Shown here one piece after another: positions 1 through 13,170 of a DNA stretch of 64,000 nt; the stretch's first letter is position 1; every line of letters starts with the position of its first letter. The translations under genes and the position numbers were made by a program. Source of the stretch: Eledone cirrhosa (Eukaryota); the NCBI GenBank assembly GCA_964016885.1, contig OZ024755.1, forward strand, positions 27,156,001-27,220,000, read 5' to 3'. Below the pieces are notes generated by a model. It was not told where the DNA came from, made no database searches, and was given only the letters and a program-made list of their open reading frames with translations.

Positions 1-781
1 GCTTTCCTACCACCAACCACATTACACAGTTTACTGACTTTGCACCAACACTAGAAAGGTTTATTCAGTACCTTGTAAATGAAATTTATACATGTAATGA
101 TGGTTGTGATGGTGACAACAAAAATCACCCAGCCCACACTGTAAAGTGGTTGTGTAGGCGTCTCAGCAAAAAGTGTCCTGCCCACACTGTAAAGTGGTTG
201 TGTAGGCGTCTCGACAAAAAGTGTCCTGCCCACACTGTAAAGTGGTCATGATGGCAACACGGTAAAAAGTGCCCATCCACACTGTAAAGTGGTCGTGTAG
301 GCGTCTTGGCAAAAAATACCCAGTACTCACTGTAAATGAGGTTGGCGTTAGGAAGGGCATCCAGCTGTAGAAACCAAGCCAGAAATAGGTTCTGTATGAG
401 CAAGACATAGTCATCTGACCTGATATTGCTCACAACAGGACAACTCGTCTAACCCATGCCAGTGTAGAAAAATGGACGTCAAACAGTGATGATAATGATG
501 AATGATAATCCAAGGTGTATGTTGTAATTTGGCCATTACTGCTGACTCACCAGTGAGAAGGTGTCATGGTTGAAACACCCAATGCATGTTGGACATTGCC
601 TGATGACACCAACACCTCCTGGCTCAGGCTATGTTCACTGAAGGTTAATGAATGTGAGGTATCTTCTTGAAGATGTACATTATCGCTTATATATAGTGAT
701 TGTGTGTAAACAAAGATTTTTATATTTGTATTGAATATTGTATCTTCTGTATCTTACTGTTGTATTTTCTATCTATTTTAG

Positions 782-882
782 TTGATAGAGAAGAAATTTT
801 AACAATGTTAAAAACAGTCTTTAATACACTGACAGTTGCCATGCGATATGAACCTGCAAATGCTAAATTCTTCTCAACTGAG
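782..882 (+). CDS. WDFY3: WDFY3 coding exon (DREEILTMLKTVFNTLTVAMRYEPANAKFFSTE)
   Basis: tttag acceptor, GAG|gtaagc donor, AMRYEPAN motif. Confidence 0.92.
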
Positions 883-1017
883 GTAAGCAAAATAAATATT
901 TAGTTTTGAAAGGAGATATTTTATATTTTTTATTTTTCTTCTGCACATAAAATACAATATATTTCTCTACTTTGCCCAAGGTTTTCTTATTCATGTCTTT
1001 TCTCTTTACATTTCTAG

Positions 1018-1181
1018 GTTCGGTATGATAGTTTAACAGAAGCTGCACGTCTACTTGGCTGTTTTTCCAATACCATTGACATTTTACCAGATTCAGAAGA
1101 TACAAATCAAAAGGAAACTCAGTCTATCTCAGATTCCATTGCCATTTTTGAAGACTTCTTCAATCATGTTAAAGATAGCAA
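1018..1181 (+). CDS. WDFY3: WDFY3 coding exon (VRYDSLTEAARLLGCFS...)
   Basis: ttctag acceptor, AA|gtaaga donor, phase consistent. Confidence 0.9.
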
Positions 1182-1768
1182 GTAAGATTCTGTCTTCATT
1201 TCTAAAAAAAATTGTTTCTTGTTTTATTTTATATTGATGATTCAAGAGGAAGGGGAGTTTTCATAACTCTTTTCAGTTCCCACAAATCTGGAAGGGAGGG
1301 AAAGAAAGAGTAAGATATTGTTAAACTGGGGACCTGGTCTGAAAGCTTGCAACAGTTTGGACTCTACGAATAGCACCCAAAGGAGAGTTCATGGTGTTAA
1401 ACTGGACAACAGATTGAGACAACCACTCTAGAATTCAGAACATAAAAAGTGAGAACTAATACCACATGGCATCCCATCTAATGCTCTTAATGATCATGCC
1501 AGTCTCTCTTGCCTAGATTTAAAGATCATTGGCTACACAACATCTCATGTGAAAACCTTAATTTGAACTCACTTTGTCTTTCAGATTAAGTTCTTTGGCT
1601 GTTGTAGCTAAATTCTTTTAAAAATATGTAACATGGCAAAAGTAAAAATTCCTTGAAAAATTTAGTCATTTATGTTTTTCCTTATCAATAAACCATGAAA
1701 CTTTCCATTTATTATGTTATTTCATACAGTTTGACTTATGTTTGATTTGTATTTTCTATATTTTTCAG

Positions 1769-1855
1769 AACCAAGCATCTTATACCCTTGACACTTCAAT
1801 CAGCCTGTTTGATGATACGCTTTTTTTATGATATGGCTTTAGATTCCTTTGATCG
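1769..1855 (+). CDS. WDFY3: WDFY3 coding exon (TKHLIPLTLQSACLMIRFFYDMALDSFDR)
   Basis: tttcag acceptor, CG|gtatgt donor, phase 2/2. Confidence 0.88.
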
Positions 1856-2469
1856 GTATGTTAACATTTTAATACTAATCACAGTTTAATCCTTTACCAT
1901 TTACATAACCCCATATATATATACTCTTGTATTTCACAGTAAAGGCTTTATCTTACATAATTATCTCACATAATATCGAATATATGATTTTTGATGTTAT
2001 TTATTTTGAGAACAATACCTTAACATCAGTATGAGAGGCCAGTTTGAACAGAAAGAGGTGAGAGAATTCTGGCTGGATATGGCCAGTTTAAATGCTAACC
2101 CTAACCCTTTAACATTTATATTATTCTATATTTACTATTGTATATTTGTGGTAAAGGCTTTACCTCTCACAATTATCTCCAAATTAAACCAAATGAGGAA
2201 AGGCATTCCAACCATGACCATCCTACTAAAATATATTTAAGGCATAGTTGAACCTTTTAGCATTTAAACTGACCATATCCTGCCAGAATTCTCTCACCTC
2301 CTTCTGTTCTAACCGGCCATAACTTGCTACTCATACTTATGTTAAGGTATTGTTCTCAAAATAAATAATATCAAAATCTCATAGATTCAATATTATGTGA
2401 GGTAAATCCTTTAAATATAGAGTAATGTTAATGCTAAAGGGTTAAGAAGGGAATTTTTTGTTTTGCTAT

Positions 2470-2780
2470 CTCTCATCTTATATGTCCCATAATCTGGTGG
2501 ACCATTGGGGCACCACAGATAACCTGGCAACCAGCTCCTTCCATTCCATTCACTTCTCCACCCTCCTCATGGTTACACCCAGCATCATGCCTGTCCATTC
2601 CGGGATGTTCTTTGCCTCTCTTCGTCCCTCCTTTTACTGTTCCCTGCAGGACAGTCTTGGTAAGCCCTGAAGATCTTGTCACATGCCCGTACCATCTCAA
2701 TTTGCATTATTTTACAATGGTCAGTAGGTTTTTGTAGGGCCCGATATCTTGCCAAATTCTGTTTCACACCTCCTCATTGG
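2470..2780 (-). mobile_element. RTE-type LINE 3' fragment, degenerate
   Basis: RWYGHVTRSSGLTKTVLQGTVKGG peptide. Confidence 0.7.
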
Positions 2781-3351
2781 AAATTGCTTTGAAATGTTAC
2801 TATTTCATCAACAAGTGTTCACCATCTAAATCTTCTCCAACAGACAAATTAATTTCCTCATCATTTGAAAAATCAATACTTTGGCGAAGAAGAGAAAACT
2901 ATTATTGTTGAATAATAACATAGGCTGAGTGGATAATGCCACCAGAATATTTTGTTCCTAAGGTCAACATTTTTCTTATCTCAGCATACATTGCTTTATA
3001 TACACCAGAGTGAGATGTATAATAACTACACTTTACCTTAGGCTTGATTCTTAATTAAGCAATTCTTATTGTCCAATAATAACTACACCATCTCTGTAGA
3101 TGGTAAATCAGTAGAAGATAGTAGATCCAATTCTAGAAAGCTGAGCTGACATTACTGAGACTAAACTTGCTGTAAAGCAATTACATTCTATTGCAGCCAA
3201 CTGGACAGTAAAATATCTATTAGTGTTTATAATTCCTTCTCACTAAAATTCCTCTGAATGCTTATGATATTATGATAATGATGTTGTTGTTAAGGAGATT
3301 TGCCAACAATCTGAAATACATTTTAGTTACTATCCAATTATTTTCTGAATT

Positions 3352-4200
3352 ATCATCATCATCACTGTTTACCGTCCATTTTCCATGCTAGCATGGGTTA
3401 GATAGGTTGTCCTATTTGAAGCAAATTGAGGTCAGATGACCATGTATTGCTCACACAGAACTGATTTTGGTCTGGTTTCTACAGCTGGATGTCCTTCTTA
3501 ATGCCAACCACATTTACAGTGTGTACTGGGTGCTTTTTGTCGTGTCACCTACATGACCACTTCACAGTGTGGGATGGGGGCTTTTTGTCGTGACACCTAC
3601 ATGACCATTTTACAGTGTGGACTGGGTGTTTTTGTCGTGTCACCTACATGACCATTTTACAGTGTGGGCTGGGTGCTTTTTGTCATGTCACCATCATGAC
3701 CACTTCACAGTGTGGGATGGGGGCTTTTTGTCGTGACACCTACATGACCATTTTACAATGTGGACTGGGTGCTTTTTGTTGTGATACCTACATGACCATT
3801 TTACAGTGTGGACTGGGTGCTTTTTGTTGTGACACCTACATGACCATTTTACAGTGTCGGCTGGGTGCTTTTTGTCGTGACACCTACTTGACCACTTTAT
3901 TGTGTGTAATGGGTGCTTTTTGTCATATCGCCATTACGACCACTTTACAGTGTGGACTGCTTTTTTTTGTGACACTTACAAACATTTTACAGTGTCGGCT
4001 GGGTGCTTTTTGCCATGTTGCCATCATGATCACTTTACATTTTTGACTGGGTGCTTTTTGTCGTGTCACCATCATGACCACTTTACAATGTGTGCTGGGT
4101 GCTTTTTGTCATGACACCTACACAAACACTTTACAGTGTGGGATGGGGGCCTTTTGTCGTGACACCTAGATGACCACTTTACAGTGTGGGATGGGGGCTT
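3352..4200 (-). mobile_element. SINE family A 3' part with the internal ~41-bp unit expanded to about 16 copies
   Basis: (CAT)n tail, then repeated tttacagtgtggactgggtgctttttgtcgtgacacctacatgacca; similar arrays at ~100-500, 29370-29535, 44905-45398 and 50579-50940. Confidence 0.72.
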
Positions 4201-4809
4201 TGGTGGGAAGGATGTGTGGGGATGGGGGGGGGGGGGGGGTGATAATTGTTAATGAATAGGATTAATGTGGGATTTTTACTTTTAAACATTATTTAGAGTG
4301 AAAATATTGTTATTACTATTACTGCTGCCGTTGTTGTTGCTGCTGTTGCAGCTGCTGCTGCTAATAATACTCTTGGACTTGCTGTTTTTGTTGTTGTTGC
4401 TGTTGACCATATAGCATTGTTGTGTTTTTTTTGTATTTTCATATTCTTCTTTCTCTGCTGCTGCTGCTACATTTTCCTCCCCACCTCTCCACCTCCACCA
4501 CCTTTCCACCACCACCACTCCCACCACCACCACTCCCACCACCACCACCACCACTCCCACTACCACCACCACCACCACCACTCCCACCACCACCATCATC
4601 ATCATCATGCTGCTGTTGAATTTCTGAGATCTACTTTGTTTTCCACATTCCCTGGCTGATAAGAATACCTGTTATTTATAGAAATTTCATTCATCAACTT
4701 TATATTCTGTTCCTCTGCAAATAATAATAATTCTTTCTGACATTAGCACAAGGCCAGCAATTTCTGAAGTCGATTGTATCAACCCTTGTATATAACTGGT
4801 ACTGAATAT

Positions 4810-5497
4810 TTTTTTTTTTACCCTTGAAGGGTGACAGTACCAGTAATGCATTAGGGGCGATTTAATCGACTTTCTCCTCTTCAAATTGCTGGCCTTGTGC
4901 CAAAAATAGAAACAATTAATAATAATGATAATGATTTCTATTATAGGCACAAGGCCAGTAATTTGGGTGTAGTGGAAAGTCGATTAAATCGACCCCAGTA
5001 CATTACTGGTGCTATATTTTATCAACCCCGTAAGGATGAAAGGCAAAGTTAACCTCGGCGAGATATAAACTCAGAACATAAAGGTCCATAACTCTAAGCA
5101 TGTTGTCCGACACTCTACCGATTCTGCCAATCCACCGCCCTAATGATGATGATAATAATTGTTTCTACGTTAGGCACAAGGCCAGCAAATACCCAGTGCA
5201 TTACTGGTACTTTATTTTATCGACCCTGTAAGGATGAAAGGCAAAGTTGACTTTGGCAGGATTTGAACTCAGACCGTAAATGGCCGTAACTCTGTGCTGC
5301 AAAGCATGGTGTCTGACCCTCTAATGATACTGCCTTACTCCAGCACAAACATTTTTTGTTTCTGACTAAATTTTCCCTTGCAAAAAGCATTAAGATAATT
5401 GTTTCTACGTTTGGCACAAGGCCAGCAATTACCCAGTGCATTACTGGTACTTTATTTTATCGACCCCGTAAGGATGAAAGGCAAAGTTAACCTCGGC
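4810..5497. mobile_element. Cluster of four SINE family B copies or fragments (one +, three -)
   Basis: Repeated aattgtttctac..ggcacaaggccagc..gaaaggcaaagttaacctcggc; other copies at 13533-13717, 28268-28450, 38826-39250 (two), 42640-42824, 57242-57455 and 63195-63360. Confidence 0.72.
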
Positions 5498-5736
5498 ATT
5501 AAGATGATATAGCTGAAACATAAAATTATTCTATACCTCTATCACAAGCAGGAACATAGATATAAAATGTACAATACACACTCATACACACACCCTCACA
5601 ACATGTGTAGATATATATATACATATACACAAAAGCTTATATTGTTGTCTCTGTTTGAGGAGTTGCTTGACCTGTGGCTAATCTCCCTTCAAATGTTACT
5701 ATAGCATCTTACAAAATTGAGGAATATACTGGATTT

Positions 5737-6430
5737 AAGTAGTTCTGAATATTGAGAAATATATTGCATAAAGTAGTTCTGAATATTGAGAAATATATTG
5801 CATAAAGTAGTTCTGAATATTGAGAAATACATTGCATAAAGTAGTTCTGAATATTGAGAAATATATTGCATAAAGTAGTTCTGAATATTGAGAAATATAT
5901 TGCATAAAGTAGTTCTGAATATTGAGAAATATATTGCATAAAGTAGTTCTGAATATTGAGAAATATATTGCATAAAGTAGTTCTGAATATTGAGAAATAT
6001 ATTGCATAAAGTAATTCTGAATATTGAGAAATATATTGCATAAAGTAGTTCTGAATATTGAGAAATATATTGCATAAAGTAGTTCTGAATATTGAGAAAT
6101 ATATTGCATAAAGTAGTTCTGAATATTGAGAAATATATTGCATAAAGTAGTTCTGAATATTGAGAAATATATTGCATAAAGTAGTTCTGAATATTGAGAA
6201 ATATATTGCATAAAGTAGTTCTGAATATTGAGAAATATATTGCATAAAGTAGTTCTGAATATTGAGAAATATATTGCATAAAGTAGTTCTGAATATTGAG
6301 AAATATATTGCATAAAGTAGTTCTGAATATTGAGAAATATATTGCATAAAGTAGTTCTGAATATTGAGAAATATATTGCATAAAGTAGTTCTGAATATTG
6401 AGAAATATATTGCATAAAGTAGTTCTGAAT
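5737..6430. repeat. Minisatellite, 34-bp unit, about 20 copies
   Basis: gtagttctgaatattgagaaatatattgcataaa, nearly invariant. Confidence 0.95.
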
Positions 6431-6454
6431 GTAATATGAGAGAAATGAAGACAG

Positions 6455-6871
6455 AATGGTCCTGATTTGGATGCTGGTTGAAGGATCCAGACATTTGAGG
6501 ACAAATGCATGAGAAAACGCCTTCGTAATTCCTATTGGGAACATAAAACCAATGAATACGTGCGGAGGAAGGTTAAAAGTTTTGTGGGTCACCAGGAACT
6601 TCTCATCACCACTGTCAAGAGGAGGAAACTGGCGTGGTTTGGCCACGTCACACGACATGACAGCCTGTGCAAGACCATCCTGCAAGGCACCGCAGGAGGG
6701 GACTCCAATGCGGAAACTGGTTGGACAATGTCAAAGAGTGGACACATGACAACATCAGATTTGTCAATGGCCGCCGTTGATAGACTGTTTTGAATGTATG
6801 CTGCTTCTGCAATAGGATCCCCCCCCCCCCCCCCGACAACTACAGAAGTCAAGGAACTGATGATGATGATC
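6455..6871 (+). mobile_element. RTE-type LINE 3' fragment with a (TGA)n tail
   Basis: KTNEYVR...TVKRRKLAWFGHVTRHDSLCKTILQGT. Confidence 0.75.
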
Positions 6872-7039
6872 AATGAAAATTTGGTTCACAGAAACATGTT
6901 TTGCGCATGAATTTTTTCCAAAAGTGACTCTTGTGTGTTGAGAGATAGAATAGTTATAAGTGCAGTGCAACAAAAACATTCACATTTAGTTGAGTTCGAT
7001 AAACTCACCTCTAATCTGGCCACCGCCTAAATCTACAAA

Positions 7040-7225
7040 CTTACAGATGTCTCTTGATCTGCTAAAAATAACTTCCCAAACTCTTCATATCACAGCCATC
7101 TAATTTTGAAGAGGGTAAGACATATTGGATAATGTAGTCTTAGACATATTTCTAAAAGGATAGCAGTCATTGCTAGAAAACCTTTGATCATAGGTCTGTC
7201 CCATCAGAGCTGGCCTGGGGCTCAG
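7040..7225 (+). repeat. Older interspersed repeat family; copies near 8480-8660, 23675-23855, 30610-30740 and 60960-61150(-)
   Basis: Shared, diverged ctgctagaaatagc...cattggataatgtagtc...ctttgatcatagg segments. Confidence 0.5.
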
Positions 7226-7350
7226 TTGGGCAATGATAGACTGGACAGTGGAGAGAACACAACTTGTCCAGAGTGTGCAGTATGGTCCTTAAACAGAGAC
7301 ATAGCATAAGGGAAGCAACAGATTTGTGCACTCACACACTCATAATGCAT

Positions 7351-7387
<37 letters not shown>

Positions 7388-7752
7388 TACATGTGCATAT
7401 ATAGTTTCTTTGTAAAGTTAATCTTGTGATTGGTTGGCAAGAACTTTTAAAGAAGACCATGTGTGTAGTTAACAAGGATTCTACCACTACTACAATGGCC
7501 CCCTATCACCATTTTTTTCCTGCAGCTATTGACTTAGAACTGCAGAAGTTCAAACTGAACATCAATCTCCCCAGTTAGGGAGGACCTGTATAAGTTATGG
7601 ATACTGTCCCTTCACATTATAAAAGCATAAAAACAATCAATATATGAAAGTTAAAGTTCATTGTTCGTTAACTCTTATTTATAAACCAGAAAAATCTTTT
7701 AGTTTCATACAGTCTAGTAAAATTATTAAAAAATACAGCAAAGAAAAATTAG

Positions 7753-7938
7753 TTAACCCTTTAGCATTTACATTACTCTATATATGCTATTATATTTTTA
7801 CAGTAAACGCTTTTGATATTATTTATTTTGAGAACAATACCTTAACATAAGTATGAGCTGCCAGTTATGGCTGATTTGAACAGAAAGAGGTGAGAGAATT
7901 CTGGCCAGATATGGCTGGTTTAAATGCTAAAAGGTTAA
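7753..7938 (+). mobile_element. piggyBac-type MITE (TTAA target, TIR CCCTTTAGCATTTA)
   Basis: TTAA-CCCTTTAGCATTTA ... TAAATGCTAAAAGG-TTAA. Confidence 0.75.
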
Positions 7939-8053
7939 GTGATGCAAAATTTTAATGATTGAAATGAAATGAAAGTCTTTGTTTATTTTATTTTTTTTTT
8001 TTTTGTGTTCTATTGTTGTTTTTATCTAACATTTTAATTTTTCTTAATTATAG

Positions 8054-8258
8054 GCCTCCAGCTGCTGGCAGCTACTCCACACTCAAAAGAAATATTTCAT
8101 TTCGGACAGAAGGCCCACACTCTTTAGTAAAGAAATCCAGTACAGATAGTATTAAGCTTTACCTGTCTAGCTCACAAGATCAAATTATCGTGCACCCAGG
8201 TGCTGTTATGTCCATATTTCATCTCCTACCAGCTATTGAGTATAATTCTCATCCAAAG
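8054..8258 (+). CDS. WDFY3: WDFY3 coding exon (PPAAGSY...QIIVHPGAVMSIFHLLPAI...HPK)
   Basis: tatag acceptor, AAG|gtaaaa donor, IVHPGA motif. Confidence 0.9.
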
Positions 8259-8679
8259 GTAAAAATGAATGTTATTTTAATTCTTTTATTCATATCATTC
8301 TAACCTTTGTTATCTTTACCTGAATTTAATGATCTCTGGAGAGAATGTTTAGTAAATGCGAGTCACAACTCTCCCTGGATAGGATGCTGATCTCTCATTT
8401 GAATACAACACTGCAAATAAATGAATTCCTATTGTATACTACTGTGCTTACACTCCTACTTAGAGATGCCTCTAGGTGGTCACTTAATCTGTTATAAATA
8501 ATAACTAAATCACCCTCAAACCACACAGGTACTGCTTAAAGAGAAAAGGACATATTGGAAAATGTAGGTTGTGGTACACTGCCTGATAAAACAACAACAA
8601 AATCAACCAAAGTTGGCATGGTTATGACCTGAAAATGTTTGATCATAAGGAAGATCAACCAGTTCTGTTATATGATCTT

Positions 8680-9095
8680 GACTGTGTTAATTGGACGACT
8701 TGGTCACTTCAGAAGCTCTCTACATTCCAGAACTATATCATGAGACTTATGACTGGCAAGTGGCTCAGTGACCGTATCTGTATCAGTGAGCTGGTCAACA
8801 TTACCAAACTTAGACCAATTACATCAATTGTCAAGTGAAGAGTACTCAAACTATACGGTCACATAAAAAGATCAGTTTGCGGTGTGAGTAGGTTATACCT
8901 GGAAGGAAGGTTGGCTAGTAAGAGAAGCAGAGGCCAGCAGCCAAAAGGATGGCTTGACAATGTCAACTTATGGACTGGACTTGATTTTTGCTCTTTAAAC
9001 TCTGCTGCTGGTGATCGAACTTTGTGGGGAAAAATATCTCGTGTTGATGCACAGTCTGCAACTGGCGGAGTTTAGTATAAATCATAGTAGTAAGA
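8680..9095 (+). mobile_element. RTE-like LINE 3' fragment; related copy at ~21815-22105
   Basis: KLYGHIKR...LEGRLASKRSRGQQPKGWLDNV. Confidence 0.65.
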
Positions 9096-10309
9096 TCTTC
9101 TGTTATTGTTGTTGTTGTTTAGTCTCAGCTCAAATCTAGGTCAACAACAAATTAAAGTTTGGTGAACTTGGCATTCAAGTTTAAGTCCCTTGGCTATCAG
9201 TGACAAGTTATGAAGTACTGTCCTTTTGGTATGTTGGGTGGTTACCAGCTACTAATCCTATCAACATTGCCTCCTACTGTATTTGGTATCAGCATAATTA
9301 ATATTATAATTAATGTTCTCATTGCCATATTTCTAATTAAGTATGTTGTATTTGAATTAATTCATGAAAAATTATTTCATTAAGATGATACATATAACAT
9401 AGCAAAAGGCTCTTATATAAAATTCTGGTGGAAGATATTACTTTAAATAGAAACCCATTAAAATTGGTGGTTTTGTTCTATAAAATCAGAGGTGGTTTCA
9501 GGTGGTTTGGCTTAAAAGAGGACAGTCAGTTGACAGAAATGAAGAACCAGACCAAATCTCTTCTGTTACTTTATTTATTTTAATTACTAAGCCAGAGGAG
9601 GAATGGGAGGGTCGACGACCCTTTACAATGCTTCTGATAGTGCTGAGGGGAAAGTTATCCTGGGTCTAGAGTCTTGACTTGAATGCTTGCAGCCCAGGAA
9701 TTTGGCCTAGTGGGTAGGCTGTTGGACTCATGATAGTAAGGTCATGGATTTAGTCCCCAGACTGGGTGGTATTTTGTCTTAAGCAAGCCACTTCATTTCA
9801 TGTTGTTCTAGTTTATTCAGCTGAAAAAATTAGTGCCAGCAGCAGCAGTTGATTGTGAATGGTGAACCTTGCGTTAAACTGATGTCCTGTCCAAGGGGAA
9901 GTCTTGTACACTAATTTCCGTAGTAACCCATGAAACCGAGATAAGCTCTGATCTAATAATCTTCTATGTTCAAGACGGACTATAAATGAACTTAATACTA
10001 TACAAGGGCTGGCTGAAAAGTTCATAGGATTACCAAGATACTCTCATCATCCTCATTATCATCATCATCACCATCACCACTGTTTAACATCTATGTTCTA
10101 TGCTTGCATGGGATAGATGGGTTGTCATGTTTTGAGGCAAGACTAGTCAGGTGACCATGTCATGCTCATGCATTCCATTTTTGGATTGGTTTTTATGACT
10201 GAATGCCCTTCCTAATGCCAATCACTTTACAACATGAACTGAGAACATTTTATTGTGACTCTGGTGTTGTATAGATGGTAGACAGTGACGACAGAACAAA
10301 TGGTGTACA

Positions 10310-10487
10310 GATGATAGTGACAGACCAGATGTTGTACAGATGGTAGAGTGACAGACCAGATGTTGTACAGATGGTAGAGTGACAGACCAGATGTTGTACA
10401 GATGGTAGAGTGACAGACCAGATGTTGTACAGATGGTAGAGTGACAGACCAGATGTTGTACAGATGGTAGAGTGACAGTCCAGATGG
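10310..10487. repeat. Minisatellite, 31-bp unit, 5-6 copies
   Basis: gtgacagaccagatgttgtacagatggtaga. Confidence 0.9.
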
Positions 10488-10719
10488 CTTGGTGTTAAAT
10501 CAAGTTTTGTGTGTATGTTAAAGTGACAAAACAGATCTGGTACAAATGATAAAGAGCCTAATCCCCCAAAAAAAGGACGTTACCTGGTAATCTCTGTTTT
10601 GTTTTTTTTGTTGTTGCTGGTGTTTCTTTTGTTCTAATATTTCGGGAATGTAAAATTCCCTTCTTCAGAGTATAAGGAACTTTCAGAAAAAAATGTTCTG
10701 GTTTCTTCTCGTTTTCCAG

Positions 10720-10934
10720 CAAGCCCTAGAATTGCAAACATACACGGCTGAACTCCTTAAATCTATGATGCGAACTGAACGCAACCAACAAATCATGTGT
10801 GATGTTGGTTTCCCTCATGAATTATTGAACCATGGCAACATGGCTCTTGCTGATGAATCCCACTCACTACATCCTCCACTTCAGTACATGTTTGAACGTC
10901 TCGCTGCCCAAGCACTAACACCTAAGGATCTCAA
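10720..10934 (+). CDS. WDFY3: WDFY3 coding exon (QALELQ...TERNQQIMC...LHPPLQYMFERLAAQAL)
   Basis: ttccag acceptor, AA|gtaagt donor. Confidence 0.93.
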
Positions 10935-11144
10935 GTAAGTCTTGTAGGCCTTTCAAAAATAACTCACTCAATACTGCATCCATGTATATGATAGAAAAAC
11001 TCTCGCTTTAAGCCTTTAGCATTTAAATCAAACACATCCGGCCAGAATTCTCTCACCTCTTTCTGCTCAAACCAGCTGTAACCGGACAGAATTTTCTCAC
11101 TTCTTTCCATTCAAATTGGCCTTAACCGGTTGCTCATTCTTATA

Positions 11145-11785
11145 TTAACCCTTTAGCATTTAAACTGACTGTATCCGGCCAGAATTCTCTCACCTCTTTT
11201 TGTTCAAACCAGCCATAACTGGCCAGTCATACTGATTTTAAGGTATTGTTCTCAAAATAAATATCAAAATCTCATAGATTTGATATTATGTGAGATAATT
11301 GTGTTAGCTAAAGCCTGTGAAAATACAATAGTATACATAGAGTAATGTAAATGTTATGTGAGATATTATGTGAGGTAAAGCGTTTACCATGAAAATACAA
11401 TAGTATATATAGAGTAATGTAAATGTTATGTGAGATATTATGTGAGGTAAGGTCTTTACTGTGAAAATACAATAGTATACATAGAGTAATGTAAATGTTA
11501 TGTGAGATATTATGTGAGGTAAAGCGTTTACCATGAAAATACAATAGTATATATAGAGTAATGTAAATGTTATGTGAGATATTATGTGAGGTAAAGTCTT
11601 TACTGTGAAAATACAATAGTATATATAGAGTAATGTAAATGTTAAAGTGTTAAGGTATTGTTCTCAAAATAAATAATATCAAAATCTCATAGATTCAATA
11701 TTATGTGAGATAATTATGTGAAATAAAGTGTTTTCTGTGAAAATACGATAGTAAATATAGAGTAATGTAAATGCTGAAGGGTTAA
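11145..11785 (-). mobile_element. piggyBac-type MITE with an internal 72-bp tandem expansion
   Basis: TTAA-CCCTTTAGCATTTA left end, GCTGAAGGG-TTAA right end, about 4.5 copies of a 72-bp unit at ~11317-11645. Confidence 0.7.
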
Positions 11786-12434
11786 ACTGTTCAATATTTA
11801 AATCAAAACCGCTCATCATAATTTTATGTAATTATCGTTTATTATGTTCTAAACAGCAGCCAAAATAATAGATACGCTAGTTATCTTATTAAGCCTCTCC
11901 AAATTATTGATTATTTTTTTTAAAATTAATTGAAGCACACAGTGTATGTTTCCTAAGAAATATGGTTGTAAAAGAGTTAAGAAATTCTATAATTGTGTGA
12001 AAAATTATTCCAACACTTCATATTCTTCATTGTCATTAAATGTCAACATAAGAGACACTTAAGACATCTCATATGTTTACTGTGTAGAAAGAAAGACGTT
12101 TTTCTTTTTTCAATGAATGAATATATTTTAGAGATAATAAAGACACCAGTACTTTATAAATTTAAGGAAAGATTTTCATCCTCAATAAATGTAAAAATAG
12201 CAAAAACAAAACAAAGCATTAAAGGAAACAAAAATGGGGGGGGGGGAGAAAAGAGGGGGAAAAAAGAGAATTAAGCAATGAAAGAAAGGACAGACTCTAC
12301 ACCCCAGTTTGCGTGGTGTTTCGGCTATGCTCCACAGACAAAATGGTAAAGACATTGGCATGGAGAATTGCCAGTGACTCCTGCTGCAAAAGCCACCCAC
12401 CTACCTCTGCTCCTGTTTACTTTTATTATATTTA

Positions 12435-13170
12435 CTAGCAGAAGAACCGTCCTTTGGGCAGTTTTCTGCTAGCATATGTAGTCTGCATATTGATATTATA
12501 CATAAATATATATATACATATAGATATGATATGTAAATTGAAAAGTAAATTGACAATATGCATATAAATTGAACAAAAACCATGTTACACTTTCTTCTGT
12601 AATCAGTAAAGTAATCCATGATACATTTAAAAAAGAGGTGAATGCTAACGGAAGTTGACATTTGAAAGTTTTAACAGAAGTGAATCTTGAAATAAGCAAT
12701 ACATTATATATAAGATTATTTATGTTTAATCAAGAGCTAAGAAATGTAGTGGATAAATTACATAATATTCATTCATGATTTATTCAAAGTAATCCAACAT
12801 ATTTTAAAAACGATGTAAAATATTATGTAATTTATCCACTACATTTCTTAGCTCTTGATTAAACATAAATAATTGTTTCTACTTTAGGCACAAGGCCAGC
12901 AATTACCCAGTGCATTACTGGTACTTTATTTTTTCATCCTTACGGAGTCGATAAAATAAAGTACCAGTAATACACTGGGTATTTGCTGGCCTTGTGCCTA
13001 AAGTAGAAACAATTATTTATGTTTAATCAAGAGCTAAGAAATGTAGTGGATAAATTATATAATATTTATTCATGATTTATTCAAAGTAATCCAACTTATT
13101 TTAAAAACGATGTAAAATAATAAATTGGACACAGTCTCGCAGTTCACCAGTGATTCTATAGAAGTTATAT
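12435..13170 (-). mobile_element. Second copy of the Helitron family, rearranged internally; 5' end approximate
   Basis: actagcagaagaacc...gttttctgc hairpin and CTAG end; long homology to 62094-62600. Confidence 0.62.

Noticed and set aside
3515-4200. CRISPR-like appearance of the periodic arrays
   Set aside because: No unique spacers, no cas genes, eukaryotic intron; these are plain tandem units.
4282-4659. Poly-His, poly-Pro and poly-Val ORFs (also 46644-46864)
   Set aside because: (CCA)n/(TGG)n microsatellites.
5689-6685. Three overlapping minus-strand ORFs
   Set aside because: A 34-bp repeat with no stop codons on that strand.
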